Shown: one piece after another, positions 27,801 to 37,067 of the stretch | Layout of the letters: each line of letters opens with the position of its first letter | How positions within the stretch are numbered: position 1 is the first letter of the stretch | Virus genome (UHGV): UHGV-1376262 | Length of the DNA stretch: 58,366 nt | Source of the DNA: a virus | Strand: one strand, 5' to 3' | The notes under the pieces: model-generated | Seen by the model: the letters and a program-made list of their open reading frames with translations, nothing else | Told to the model about the DNA's origin: nothing | Databases searched by the model: none | Program-made: the position numbers and the translations under genes

Positions 27801-28846
27801 GGGAAAAGCTTATACTGGTGCATATACGATTCTTCGTTAGCAGCACTATAGAATAGGATTTTACCATAAGCATTGATAGGGCTTGGTGGTTCTGAGATTG
27901 TAGTACGTTTGTAGAAGTTGATGTAACTAGCGCCATCTTTGATTGGTAAGAAGTCTTTCATGGCATAGTTGGAAGCAGCTTTACCGTCTGTAGCATACTT
28001 ACCAGTATTCTCATCTAGGTAAGATTTAGATAAGGCTTTATTCCAATCCCATTTATTAGCAGAGAAGTAGTCTTCGCCTGCCTCAATGTATTCTGTAGCA
28101 CCCATTACAGAAACCATAGGTCTTGCGAACTCTAATTGAATGCTTTCTTGCGCTTGGATAAACCCTGCCAATTTGTCTCGGTTATACATGAATGAAGGGT
28201 AGTCTGTTACAGGAGGGTTTTCAGCTCCCCAAAACATTCCGAAAGCTTCGTCCCATTCCCACTCCTCAGATAGGAAACGAGTTGTAAATGAAACTCTAGT
28301 AAACTCTTTTGTAATAGGTTGTTCGATAACATGGTAATACGTTTCAAAGTTTGAAGTAGATTTAAAAGCTACAGCGTTGCTTGAGATACCTTCTCCAGTG
28401 CTTCTTACATCAATTGAAAACGTTACGGTATCGCCTTCTTTAATCCGTTTAGTAGGTCTAAGTAAGTCTTCCCAATAGAACATAACCCCTTGATTAGTCT
28501 CTTGAGTAGTTGCTACGATAGCTCCATTGTAAAGAGTTGTCTCATTATAGACCGCTCCGTTAAACAACATTGAGGGTTTAGACATGTACTTACTTCCTCT
28601 AAGCAAGTTTTCAGGATACATTTGATCGTTGTGTCCAACTGCATTAGATGGATTAGATTGAATGTTTCCTTTAACCTTACCTCTAAAGTCTACAGGAAAA
28701 GTAATCTTAACAGAGTCTTCTAAAGGGTGAAACTCGTTTGGGTTAAACCGTTCGTAACTTGCAGAACGACCTAAGCCCCACTGTTTAGTAGGGGCTAGGT
28801 TCTGTAATGTAAACGGAGAGTAATTAGGTTTATTTGAACAGCTCAT
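24854..28846 (-). CDS. Giant distal tail protein (evolved Dit-like with carbohydrate-binding insertions), 1330 aa.
   Basis: Sits directly downstream of the tape measure gene. Its size and position match extended Dit proteins. Confidence 0.5.
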   Translation of the reverse strand: MSCSNKPNYSPFTLQNLAPTKQWGLGRSASYERFNPNEFHPLEDSVKITFPVDFRGKVKGNIQSNPSNAVGHNDQMYPENLLRGSKYMSKPSMLFNGAVYNETTLYNGAIVATTQETNQGVMFYWEDLLRPTKRIKEGDTVTFSIDVRSTGEGISSNAVAFKSTSNFETYYHVIEQPITKEFTRVSFTTRFLSEEWEWDEAFGMFWGAENPPVTDYPSFMYNRDKLAGFIQAQESIQLEFARPMVSVMGATEYIEAGEDYFSANKWDWNKALSKSYLDENTGKYATDGKAASNYAMKDFLPIKDGASYINFYKRTTISEPPSPINAYGKILFYSAANEESYMHQYKLFPRESSTYGGYAARVDVPAGASHYRVMVTSEKGKASAEVAVQPSNDNWTEFRQEWYDAIANKLDGNVARAETNYRTEPVAMQFNINLKGAIEKVLPKIFDDLTTDAEKQLRMRSIADIFTTSVTARSITQGVGGLDLCFWRWLPDGTKAQQVLQQLKGNGLTTVVHPSTYQEWINPQGEVVSFVKSNKLVVNELYSGGNTIKGYVDSIMDTVVLEVNGELTDIKAEVSREASTFVFNNVGGKITEKDTVRVVGYLAKESGKKDYAKLFWATKPEDVAEFNQKPFMEVDHVVMTASITVTQSQLDEWGFNPDLPDYRVESLERPVSSTEEYMFGSMVQVTHAYDIYGYVESSYPEFFGDCYTFDDRIRKINDRIKEFTLTATPIDEDEVPIGSREVQASAEANNPDRDYLIKTELGQTVEMVINNSKGHFIHPNGYIYVGFARKTPSDRESAMSLDSSLTFSFLMDRQYDSLPRVFRYNYQKQPWFVFVRDINRSILAPKQNNLQPINKGTRRYNYGVTEDVRMISLNCFIKAPKEEDMPKLMEELADYLDVGETVLQLSDNPDRYYKVILDGSTDLNQEVNVGNFTLNFALLENTAIGEEVVESFTIDSTTGSVPIIELENKGTANTYPVYQLTFDKEVGYVDLVGTDTSANVSIGRRPTDSNDETKVDLRPRKFYSKFTPSDGAGWTAMNDTQLPNFEGNSAKIQGTVQRANGIGNQDKWNYGDTSHKGFHGAGIVANLQKNLDDFYMEASIVATGKPVKQSLNAIFLVFYDENGEAYAYTKVGSRPQEGNLDSYVAYAGDWTKRRTINNGAKWKDFWGKVSVQRRDNRWRLIVGQYSNRKYSPAPEAVFNFGQGMLKDTKDTGWFDLPPETWGKKFSRVGVFFGQYNNRPKLGHLSIRRLLVWENLENYRENPKEGTPILFHEGDTVVIDSSKAQTYLNGELTPSLVDPMTDWFPITKGDNYIGVNNFSGKLDIVYNERFK

Positions 28847-28861
28847 TTAAATTCTCCTTTA

Positions 28862-31750
28862 TCATTTGCCTCTCGCACGGTTCGTTATACGTTTGGCGTT
28901 TTGTTGTTCTTCTGTGATGTCTTTCTGAGTAGCTCTTGCAAACTCTCTACCATTGACGTATAATGGAACATCTACAATAACTTGTGGTTGACCCATTCCA
29001 CCACCCATTGACTGCATTTCACGAGCAACAGCGGCTGCGAAAGGTCTCATGTAAGTAGGGTTTTGAATAGGCATAGTGACTTCTCGTCCTCTTTCATTGC
29101 TTATAACTCCCCCACCAATACCAGCTTGTCCAAGTTGGGTACCTACACCTACGGCAGAGGCGAATGGAGAGTAAGTAGCGCCTCCTCCAATTCCGTATCC
29201 AACGCCTGATGTAAGACCTCCACGAGCTTTCTTAGTTCCGCCTTTACCTCTGAAATAGTCAATGGTTGCTCCAGCATTCTCAATACTTTGGTTAACCCAG
29301 CTACCCAAGGCGTTTACTTTACCTTCAATTGCTGATTTAGCTTTACCAAAGGCGTCAAATACGCTGTTGATGTTAGCTGCTAACTCCGCCAATTGACCCA
29401 TTGCAGAAGAGGTGTCTGCGTCAGCGTTGATTTGAATGTGTGTTCCATCGACTTTCTCAGAAGCTTCTGCCATGTCAGTAACTTTTCCGACTACTCCATC
29501 ACGCTGTTCGGTAGCATGTGTGATAGTTCCATCACGTTGTTTTCTAGCAGCTTCAATCATAGCGTTTTTCTGCTCTTGAGTAAGGTTTACGCCGTCAACT
29601 TTCATGGAGTTAATAGCGGCTACTGATTCAGAGTATTGTTTAACAGCTGCTGCTACAGTTTCTTCATACTGTTGGTTAGCATTGATGATAGCTTTGTCAG
29701 CAGCTTCTTGGGTAATCGTTCCAGTAGCGCTTGCCTGAGCTTGTAACACTCCTAGGATTTCGTCAGAGCTTGCTTGGGCATTTTGAGCAAGGATAGCATT
29801 GTTGGCTTCTTCTAAAGCTCTAATCTTCTCTGCTGACTGCGCTCTTTGAGATTCATTTTGTGAACTCATGCTCTTATAGATTTCAAGAATCTGGTTCTGA
29901 TTGCTTTGGATAGTGTCTTGTTGTTGCTGACCAGCTACTAATTCACGTTGGTAAAGCTTTTGCTTTTGCTCCGTTGTCATAGAATCCTCGGAAGCAAAGA
30001 ACGTTGCCAAAGCGTCTAAACGTTTTTGGTTAGCTGTTCCGAAAGTTGCTAACTGGGTTTCTTGAGCGGCTTGTAATGCTGGAAGGTTTTCATTAATGGT
30101 TTGTACCATAATGCTTGACCAGTCTCCTGCTCCACCTTTACGGAAAGTTGCACCTTTAGTAACCGTTGCAATCTCCATTTGAGTCAAGGCGTCTTGCATT
30201 ACTGTACTAGCATTTCCCCAGCTCTCTTCCCAGTCGTCTGGCAAGAAGTTTGTTTCACGGACTACCTTAGCCATTTGAAGAGCTACGTTAGCGGAGTTTC
30301 CGTAAGCTTCTCTCCACTTAGCCATGTCTTGAATGCTTCCATCAACCTTCTCAGGCATTGTGTCAAAGTCTCTACCCATTTCTTTGATGGCGTTAGCTAA
30401 ATCGTCCGCAGACTTTTTAGAGCCAACCATTCCAGAAGAGGTTTTAAGTAAGCCATCTACACGAGCATAGTTGCTAGCAAACTCATTCAATCCATCTTGA
30501 ACTTTGTCTAAGACATTGTTCATGCCTTTAACAGCTGGTAATGCAAAGGCGTCTGTAAGACCTTTACCAATCTTTAGTTTGATGGCGTCAACAGAGTCTC
30601 CTAATTGGTCGAGTTGTCCTGCCATTGTCTCACGCATTTTAGCGGCTTGAGCAGCAGCGGTACCGGTAGAGTTTTCCAAGGCTTTAGATAAGTCTTGAAC
30701 CTCTTCTTTAGTCTTCTTCAATACGAAGGACATACCAGCCGCTCCGGGCTTACCAAAGAGGATTGTAGAAAGCTCTTGGATTTGAATATCGTCCATGCCT
30801 TTAACAGCGTCTTGAAGGTCGTAGATAACGTCCATTGTAGGTCGAGCTTTTCCTTCACTGTCTTTAAACTGTACCCCCAACTCTTCCATAGCAGCTGCGG
30901 CATTGTCAGTTGGATTGATAAGGTTAGTGAATGCTGTACGGAGAGACGTACCAGCTTTTGATCCACGGATACCATTATCAGCCATGATACCAGCCATTGC
31001 AGAAACGTCTTCCAAAGAAGCTCCTGCTAGTGAAGCGGCTGAACCAGTGTATTGTAAAACGTATCCCATATCCTGCATGTCAGCAGCTGTTTCGTTGGCA
31101 GTCTTAGCCAAGACATCGGCAACGTGTTCTGCTTCTGTTGCTTTAAGGTTCCATACATTAAGCGCTGTTGCTACGATTCCAGAAGTTTCTTGTACGCCTG
31201 AACCAGAAGCTTCGGCAGCATATACGATACCTTTCATTGCCTCAGAAGTTTCCTTAGCCGTGAAACCCAGCTTAGCAAAGTCTACCATGGCGGTAGCTAC
31301 TTCTTGAGCGCCTTTAGAAGTCTTACTACCAATCTCAATGGCAGTATCTCCAAGCATGTCCATGTCTGATTGAGTACCACCAGCGATGATTTGAACCTGT
31401 TTCAAAGTTCCTTCAAAGTTAGCATAGTCGCTGACAGACTCTGCGGCAAACTTACCAGCAGCTTGAGCAGCTTTACCAACACCAGCCAACACAGCTGTCA
31501 TTGGAGTAAGCCCTGCTGTAAACGTCATACCAGCGCCACCAGCACTAATCCAACCTTTTCCTAATCCACCTAGTTTGCTTATTAAGCCTCCAGTAGATTT
31601 TTCAACCGTTCCCATGCTGCTTGACATAGAGCTAGCCCAACCAGCCGCTCCACTAGAAGCTTTCTTCTGGGCGCTTGCCATTTCTGTCATGGCTTTTCTA
31701 AATTCGGTATTATCAACTCGAATCTTAATACGCATTTCTTTATCGCTCAT
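28862..31750 (-). CDS. Tail tape measure protein, 962 aa.
   Basis: Rich in Ala, Gly and Gln. Position is after the chaperone pair. Length is consistent with a siphovirus tail. Confidence 0.8.
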   Translation of the reverse strand: MSDKEMRIKIRVDNTEFRKAMTEMASAQKKASSGAAGWASSMSSSMGTVEKSTGGLISKLGGLGKGWISAGGAGMTFTAGLTPMTAVLAGVGKAAQAAGKFAAESVSDYANFEGTLKQVQIIAGGTQSDMDMLGDTAIEIGSKTSKGAQEVATAMVDFAKLGFTAKETSEAMKGIVYAAEASGSGVQETSGIVATALNVWNLKATEAEHVADVLAKTANETAADMQDMGYVLQYTGSAASLAGASLEDVSAMAGIMADNGIRGSKAGTSLRTAFTNLINPTDNAAAAMEELGVQFKDSEGKARPTMDVIYDLQDAVKGMDDIQIQELSTILFGKPGAAGMSFVLKKTKEEVQDLSKALENSTGTAAAQAAKMRETMAGQLDQLGDSVDAIKLKIGKGLTDAFALPAVKGMNNVLDKVQDGLNEFASNYARVDGLLKTSSGMVGSKKSADDLANAIKEMGRDFDTMPEKVDGSIQDMAKWREAYGNSANVALQMAKVVRETNFLPDDWEESWGNASTVMQDALTQMEIATVTKGATFRKGGAGDWSSIMVQTINENLPALQAAQETQLATFGTANQKRLDALATFFASEDSMTTEQKQKLYQRELVAGQQQQDTIQSNQNQILEIYKSMSSQNESQRAQSAEKIRALEEANNAILAQNAQASSDEILGVLQAQASATGTITQEAADKAIINANQQYEETVAAAVKQYSESVAAINSMKVDGVNLTQEQKNAMIEAARKQRDGTITHATEQRDGVVGKVTDMAEASEKVDGTHIQINADADTSSAMGQLAELAANINSVFDAFGKAKSAIEGKVNALGSWVNQSIENAGATIDYFRGKGGTKKARGGLTSGVGYGIGGGATYSPFASAVGVGTQLGQAGIGGGVISNERGREVTMPIQNPTYMRPFAAAVAREMQSMGGGMGQPQVIVDVPLYVNGREFARATQKDITEEQQNAKRITNRARGK

Positions 31751-31760
31751 CTAAATCCTC

Positions 31761-32144
31761 CTAATCGAATAAGTCAAATATAGTATTTAACTCGTCTTTC
31801 TTGAATGCTTTACGGTCAGCTTCTTCCATTTCTCTCATCAAGTCTTTAGTGGTCAATTCTTCTTCTTTCTTATGCTCATTAATAAGCTTGAACCCAGCGT
31901 ATTTCTCTAGCTTGATAGGTTTCTTAGAGTTGATTGTAGATAGGAATAGTGAAGCTTCTCTCAGTTGTCTTTGGTAAGCGCCTCTTAACAGCCCATTAAA
32001 CTCATACGGAGTGCTTGTCCAAAAATCGTTGACTGAGATTTCTAAGTCTGCGCATAAGATCATAAAGTACCTTACGTCCAAAAGCGGAAGCTTTTCCTCT
32101 TCCGCCTCTTCTGGGCAATTCGGAAGGCTCGTCTGGAGTATCAA
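31761..32144 (-). CDS. Tail assembly chaperone, downstream frame. It may be expressed as a frameshift fusion with 32002..32442.
   Basis: Overlaps the upstream ORF by 143 nt in the +1 frame. An internal ATG (MILCADLE) with a weak RBS also exists. Confidence 0.5.
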   Translation of the reverse strand: MILQTSLPNCPEEAEEEKLPLLDVRYFMILCADLEISVNDFWTSTPYEFNGLLRGAYQRQLREASLFLSTINSKKPIKLEKYAGFKLINEHKKEEELTTKDLMREMEEADRKAFKKDELNTIFDLFD

Positions 32145-32442
32145 ATAATTGTTTTACTACAATACTTTTTGTATAAGCGTCATTGACTTTTAAGAAGTAT
32201 TCCTGTAGAGTAAACTCATATTTTTCTAAAGAGTCTTGTAAAAGGTCTGCAACGTCTCCGACAGTCATTCCATAATACTCAGGCTCGTTTTGAAGCATAG
32301 CCCAGAATATGTATAAGCTTTGGTTAAAGTTAGTTTGCTCTGCAATAAACTCGATGTAAGCTTGGTCGAAGGCAACCTCTAAAAGGTGAATAGATTTATA
32401 AGTCATTTTTAGTTCGATGTTTTTACCTTGAAAAGTAATCAT
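32002..32442 (-). CDS. Tail assembly chaperone (gpG-like).
   Basis: Conserved position between the major tail protein and the tape measure gene. Confidence 0.6.
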   Translation of the reverse strand: MITFQGKNIELKMTYKSIHLLEVAFDQAYIEFIAEQTNFNQSLYIFWAMLQNEPEYYGMTVGDVADLLQDSLEKYEFTLQEYFLKVNDAYTKSIVVKQLFDTPDEPSELPRRGGRGKASAFGRKVLYDLMRRLRNLSQRFLDKHSV

Positions 32443-32574
32443 TGTAAGTCTCCTTTGAATTAAAATAAAAGGACTGCCTTATTTAAAAGACAGCCCAAAC
32501 CCTCTTAGATTAGCTCCACCCAAGCGTTACCTCTGTGGGCGCAGAAGCAACTACTTTTAAGCCAGTAGGTGGAG

Positions 32575-33264
32575 TTACGCCTCCTTTACTGTCACCGTTG
32601 CTGTTGCTGATACAGAAGTGTTTACAGTAGAGCGTACTTGAATTGTAGCTTCTCCAGCTTTAACACCTGTTACAACACCGTTTTCGTCAACAGTTGCTAA
32701 CGTAGGCGTTAATGAAGCCCATGTAACAGATTTGTCAGTTACGTTTTCTGGAGTGAACGTAGTTGTTAAAGTAGTTGTTCCACCAACTGTGACTTGAGCG
32801 TCTTGCTCATTGATAACAACTTTACGAGGAAGGACAATAGGAGCTGTTTGGTCAGTTTCTAAAGGACCTTTTCCTTGAAGTGTCATTGAGTAAGTAGCTG
32901 CGTCATCGTATGAGAACTCGTGTGGGAAGTCTGTGATAATAGCTGTACCCACTTTAACTTTACCAGAAGGGAAGCGAACACGTACACGTAAGCATTCTCC
33001 GTTTTCCCAAATAGTATCTAAGATGTCTAAAGCTTCGTCACCGTCTACAATCAATCCATCACAGTCAATAGACCATTCTTTATTACCTGCTTCTGAATCG
33101 TTCCAGCCAAAACCTTCTTTATTAGATACGTCTAACGTTTCAGCGGTACGGTTTAAAGTACCTCCACGTTGTGCTGCAACTTTCTTCCATTCGCCTGTTT
33201 CATCTTGGAACTCGATGATAACGGCGTTACCTTTGATATAGCGTGATACGCAAGTCTCTGCCAT
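32575..33264 (-). CDS. Major tail protein with a C-terminal Ig-like (Big_2) domain.
   Basis: The C-terminal TVGGTTTLTTTFTPENVTDKSVTWAS...GEATIQV is a Big_2 signature. Confidence 0.65.
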   Translation of the reverse strand: MAETCVSRYIKGNAVIIEFQDETGEWKKVAAQRGGTLNRTAETLDVSNKEGFGWNDSEAGNKEWSIDCDGLIVDGDEALDILDTIWENGECLRVRVRFPSGKVKVGTAIITDFPHEFSYDDAATYSMTLQGKGPLETDQTAPIVLPRKVVINEQDAQVTVGGTTTLTTTFTPENVTDKSVTWASLTPTLATVDENGVVTGVKAGEATIQVRSTVNTSVSATATVTVKEA

Positions 33265-33285
33265 TGTCTAATCTCCTTTTATGTG

Positions 33286-33708
33286 TTATACTGGGTCTAT
33301 CTTAGAATCCACAACTTGGAAGTCGAGGAAGAGATAGCCTCTGAAAATCTTTCTTGTCCCATTAGAAGCCTCGGTATATCTAACGTGGTCGAGAGAAGCC
33401 TCTGTCATACAGAAGCCGCCTTCCAACTCTAGTGGAGAGTTTACCAAAAGGTCTACCAGAAAGTCTGATAAAGCTTTCGTCTCCATGGAGCTTTTGTAAT
33501 CACTCCAAATATGAAGCGTTAGATTATGTGTTTTACCTACAGCGTCTTTTGAGACTGCTAAGCCTGATGTAAGCTCTTCACCAATCTTTATAAAAGGGAA
33601 GTCAGGCTTTTTGTTAGTTCCGTCCCAAACGTTTATACCTTCGTTTCGGATAGCTTTAACGATAGCTCTCTGCAAACTAATTGAGGAGCTTCTTGCCATG
33701 AAAACCAT
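33286..33708 (-). CDS. Tail completion / head-tail joining protein.
   Basis: Position in the late module. Confidence 0.45.
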   Translation of the reverse strand: MVFMARSSSISLQRAIVKAIRNEGINVWDGTNKKPDFPFIKIGEELTSGLAVSKDAVGKTHNLTLHIWSDYKSSMETKALSDFLVDLLVNSPLELEGGFCMTEASLDHVRYTEASNGTRKIFRGYLFLDFQVVDSKIDPV

Positions 33709-33719
33709 TGCCTGCCTCC

Positions 33720-34103
33720 TTAAATTTTGATTGATGATAGCTTTTCATAAATCACTTTAGAATACTCATCTAAAGCGTCACGGAAGTTAGGATAGGCTCT
33801 GGTATCGTTGGTACCATATTCCAAAGGAATGGCATAGCCTCTGTGACCTTTTGGATTAGACCTAACGTTTGATTCTACAACGCCTATACTAATGTTGCCT
33901 TTTACCGACTCTGTTGTCCGTGACTGTAAATTGTTCATTAAAGTTGTGGTGTCGATGTTGCCACGGTTTACTATATTTTCACGAACAGCTTGTCTCATCT
34001 GCTCGGTGTTTTTTTGATTAGCTTTGAAAGAAGCGTCAACCCACTTTTCAGCTATACGGTTGAACGGAACCTCTTTCGTAACCTCAATCATGAACCTTGC
34101 CAT
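33720..34103 (-). CDS. HK97 gp10-like head-tail joining protein.
   Basis: Position and size; gp10-family-like sequence. Confidence 0.45.
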   Translation of the reverse strand: MARFMIEVTKEVPFNRIAEKWVDASFKANQKNTEQMRQAVRENIVNRGNIDTTTLMNNLQSRTTESVKGNISIGVVESNVRSNPKGHRGYAIPLEYGTNDTRAYPNFRDALDEYSKVIYEKLSSIKI

Positions 34104-34462
34104 ACGACTCCCTCCTCTTGAGAGCGTCTAACGTCTCTCCATTCAACCTTGTAGGAGATTGTCTGGTCGGTTCCTGTAGTGTTATCCCAGTAGATGTCCA
34201 TAATCCTTCCGTCAGAATGGAATCGGACAGCGTCTACTCTAAGGTTTTTAAGCTCCCATATCTTATGCTGAATCAAGAAGCGGTCTTCCCATTGTAAGTC
34301 TTGGTTTTGCAAAAGCTTACTTTGAGTCCTTAAGGAACCTACTGCTACAGGAAGGTTTGTGACAACCACTGTAGGCTCTTCATACTCCAGTGTACCGAAG
34401 TCTTCGTCAGGGTCTACAGGATTGTTGTATTGAAGCAAGTCAACAATTTCGTTGTAACGCAT
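34088..34462 (-). CDS. Head closure / adaptor protein.
   Basis: Position in the late module. Confidence 0.45.
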   Translation of the reverse strand: MRYNEIVDLLQYNNPVDPDEDFGTLEYEEPTVVVTNLPVAVGSLRTQSKLLQNQDLQWEDRFLIQHKIWELKNLRVDAVRFHSDGRIMDIYWDNTTGTDQTISYKVEWRDVRRSQEEGVVWQGS

Positions 34463-34475
34463 TCACATTGCCTCC

Positions 34476-34886
34476 TTACATCATTCTAAAAGAGTTCTTA
34501 CGATACTCTCCTTGATTGTCTAACCACTCATTAAGAACGGCGTACCAGTTCTTGTAAATATCCTCTGTGTAGTCGTATCTTGTAATGTCTGTGGACTCTG
34601 TTTTCAAACCTTCTGAGTTAAGCTGAGACATACGGCTTGCTGTTAGCTCATCGGCAATGTAATCCAAATCTGCAATTGGAAATTCCGTGAGAGGTCTTTT
34701 AATGAAGATACAAATATGCTGTCTAGCACGTTTCTTCAAGACCTTAAGAACGTTGTCTCGGATTCCACTGTTGCCGTAGCCTAACATAATCTTTAGCTCA
34801 GAAATGTCAATAGCTTCGATTTCAGGTGGAAGAGGCGTACTCTGAAAGCTTGCGAACACGTCAATAGGTGTTTCGATTTCTTCCAT
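34476..34886 (-). CDS. Head-tail connector protein.
   Basis: Position in the late module. Confidence 0.45.
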   Translation of the reverse strand: MEEIETPIDVFASFQSTPLPPEIEAIDISELKIMLGYGNSGIRDNVLKVLKKRARQHICIFIKRPLTEFPIADLDYIADELTASRMSQLNSEGLKTESTDITRYDYTEDIYKNWYAVLNEWLDNQGEYRKNSFRMM

Positions 34887-34943
34887 GTGAATCCTCCTAA
34901 AAAAGGAGACTAAGGCGTTTAGCCCAAGCCTCCCAAGGTTTTA

Positions 34944-35393
34944 CTAGCCTTCTGCTGGATTGACAGTTACGGCTACAGTGCCTGTAACGCCTGATCCATC
35001 GTTAGCTGTTGCGATAATGTTTGCAGAACCTTCTGCTACAGGGTGTACTTTACCGTCTACCCAAGTGGCAATTGCTTCGTTGTCAGAAGTTACCGTGAAC
35101 GTTTTGTCAGTAGCATTTTCAGGTGCCACTTCAAACGTTACAGCACGGTCAGCGTCTCCAACTTTGATTGTCATAGTCTTTTGAGAAGGTGTAATCGTTG
35201 TAACTTTTACAGGTTCAGCTTTTGGAGTGGTTACATCTAGCGTAGCTCCAGCGCTTTCTTGTCCGTCTTCAACAGCCGTCACTTTAAAAGTGTATTTAGT
35301 TTCGGGTGTTAAATTATCGACTTTGAAAGTTGTTTCGGAAATGCCATCAGCAACCTTTGTGTCTCCATTGTATACGTTATAAACTCTTGCCAA
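34944..35393 (-). CDS. Ig-like (Big_2/fibronectin) domain head decoration protein.
   Basis: Two Ig-like repeats (TFKVTAV..., ANIIATANDGSGVTGTVAVTV) directly downstream of the capsid gene. Confidence 0.55.
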   Translation of the reverse strand: MARVYNVYNGDTKVADGISETTFKVDNLTPETKYTFKVTAVEDGQESAGATLDVTTPKAEPVKVTTITPSQKTMTIKVGDADRAVTFEVAPENATDKTFTVTSDNEAIATWVDGKVHPVAEGSANIIATANDGSGVTGTVAVTVNPAEG

Positions 35394-35470
35394 TGCCTTT
35401 TCCTCCTATTCCCAAGACAGAGTAACGCTGTTAGACGTCACTTCTGTCGAGGTCAAGTTTTTTGGTGGAA

Positions 35471-36277
35471 CTACGCTCCCGCTTTTTTTAAGTAGAAAGC
35501 TTTCTTAGCGTCTTTCACGTATCCAACGTAATGTTGGTCAGCTGTGATGTGAGTAATCTTATGAAGAACGTCACGGTCAGGTTCTACCATTACATCACGT
35601 TTCATGATTAATGATAAGCCACCACGTTTCAAGATGAATGCTTCACCATCTGCTACACGGTTAGAAACAACGATCTTCATACCGAAGATTTCGCCTAAGT
35701 AACCAGTGATTTTAACAGAGCCGCTTTGGATATATACGAAGTCAGAAGCTTTGATGATTGCTCCACGTTGTTTAGGAGAGATAATCAAGTAAGTTTCTTC
35801 ATCGAAGTTTTCGCCCATTGCTACTTGAGCGTCTAGTACCCAGTCGTAACCCTCTGCTGATGGATCAACGCCTTCTACAGGAGTTAAAGCACGCATAGCA
35901 GCGAACAAGTCGTTATCAACTTTATCAGCTAATGAGATAGCTAATTGGTCAACAGCTTCGTCCAATGGTTTGTTGTAAGCAGATAAAATAGCTTCGTCTG
36001 TTAATGAAACAGCTTTAGCGATTTTTTTAACTGTTACTGTACGAGTTTGTTGAGAAAGTTTTACTGACTCAATCAAAGCACCTTCTGGAACGTCTTGAGC
36101 AGAGCCAATGTAATCCCATTGAGGTAATGTTAATGTGTCGCCTGGGCGGTTAGTTAACGTATAGTCAATATCCGCAAAAGGTGATAAAGTGATCTTGTCG
36201 ATTAATTTTACATTTAAGAAGTCAGCAAGCACCTGTGGGTTAATTAAGTCTGCTAACATAGTAGTTTGAGAAGCCAT
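35471..36277 (-). CDS. Major capsid protein.
   Basis: 268 aa, follows the scaffold gene, preceded by a strong RBS. Confidence 0.7.
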   Translation of the reverse strand: MASQTTMLADLINPQVLADFLNVKLIDKITLSPFADIDYTLTNRPGDTLTLPQWDYIGSAQDVPEGALIESVKLSQQTRTVTVKKIAKAVSLTDEAILSAYNKPLDEAVDQLAISLADKVDNDLFAAMRALTPVEGVDPSAEGYDWVLDAQVAMGENFDEETYLIISPKQRGAIIKASDFVYIQSGSVKITGYLGEIFGMKIVVSNRVADGEAFILKRGGLSLIMKRDVMVEPDRDVLHKITHITADQHYVGYVKDAKKAFYLKKAGA

Positions 36278-36306
36278 AAATTTTAGTCTCCAATCGGTTT
36301 ATAATT

Positions 36307-36957
36307 TTATTTTGTTGCTTGAATACGTCTGAACTCTGCTGGATTAGTATTAGCAATCTCAGAAAGCTCAGCTACAGAATACTCGTAGTAAGTCTTAGCA
36401 GGTTTAGCAGTTCCATTAGCAGAATCAACATTTACAGCTGCTGCTTGGTTTGCAATAGAGCCTACCTTCGCTTCTACTTGACTTTGTACAAGTTCTTGAA
36501 TGCTCATATCAAGCTCTTGCGCACGGTGGCGTGTCACTTCTTCTGAATCCGCTACTACAAACTCCGCAAAATTAGAAGGTAAACCATATTTGCTTAAGGC
36601 GTCTTGAGCAACACCTCTCATTTCTAAGGCACGTTTTTCTTGTTCAGACTGTGCTAAACGAGCTTCAATCTGTTTCAAACGTTTTTGCTCTTCCGTTTCT
36701 TCTGGCTGCAATTTAGAAATTTCTTCTTGAATGATTGACGGCATGCTTTTAGTTTTGAATGTTTCAATAGCACGGCTGGCAAAAGAGTCTAATTTAGGGG
36801 CGATAACTGCTTTACCATCGTCTGTTTCTAAGTATTGGTTTAAAAACTCTTTGTCAATCAATTTTTGACGTAAGCCATCTTTCAGTTCTGGATTAGTTTC
36901 AATTAATCCTTGAATGTCTTCTAAACCTAAGTTTAACTCTGTATTTTGTTCTGTCAT
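36307..36957 (-). CDS. Scaffolding protein.
   Basis: Acidic, helical, coiled-coil-rich protein between the gp7-like gene and the capsid gene. Confidence 0.65.
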   Translation of the reverse strand: MTEQNTELNLGLEDIQGLIETNPELKDGLRQKLIDKEFLNQYLETDDGKAVIAPKLDSFASRAIETFKTKSMPSIIQEEISKLQPEETEEQKRLKQIEARLAQSEQEKRALEMRGVAQDALSKYGLPSNFAEFVVADSEEVTRHRAQELDMSIQELVQSQVEAKVGSIANQAAAVNVDSANGTAKPAKTYYEYSVAELSEIANTNPAEFRRIQATK

Positions 36958-37067
36958 AATAGTTAATTCTCCTCCTGACCCTTAAGTTCAATTAAGCCCT
37001 TAAAGTTCGCTTGATATGATTTTTGGAAAGTCCTTTTTACCTTAGAGTGTCCTTTGCCATTACAACT

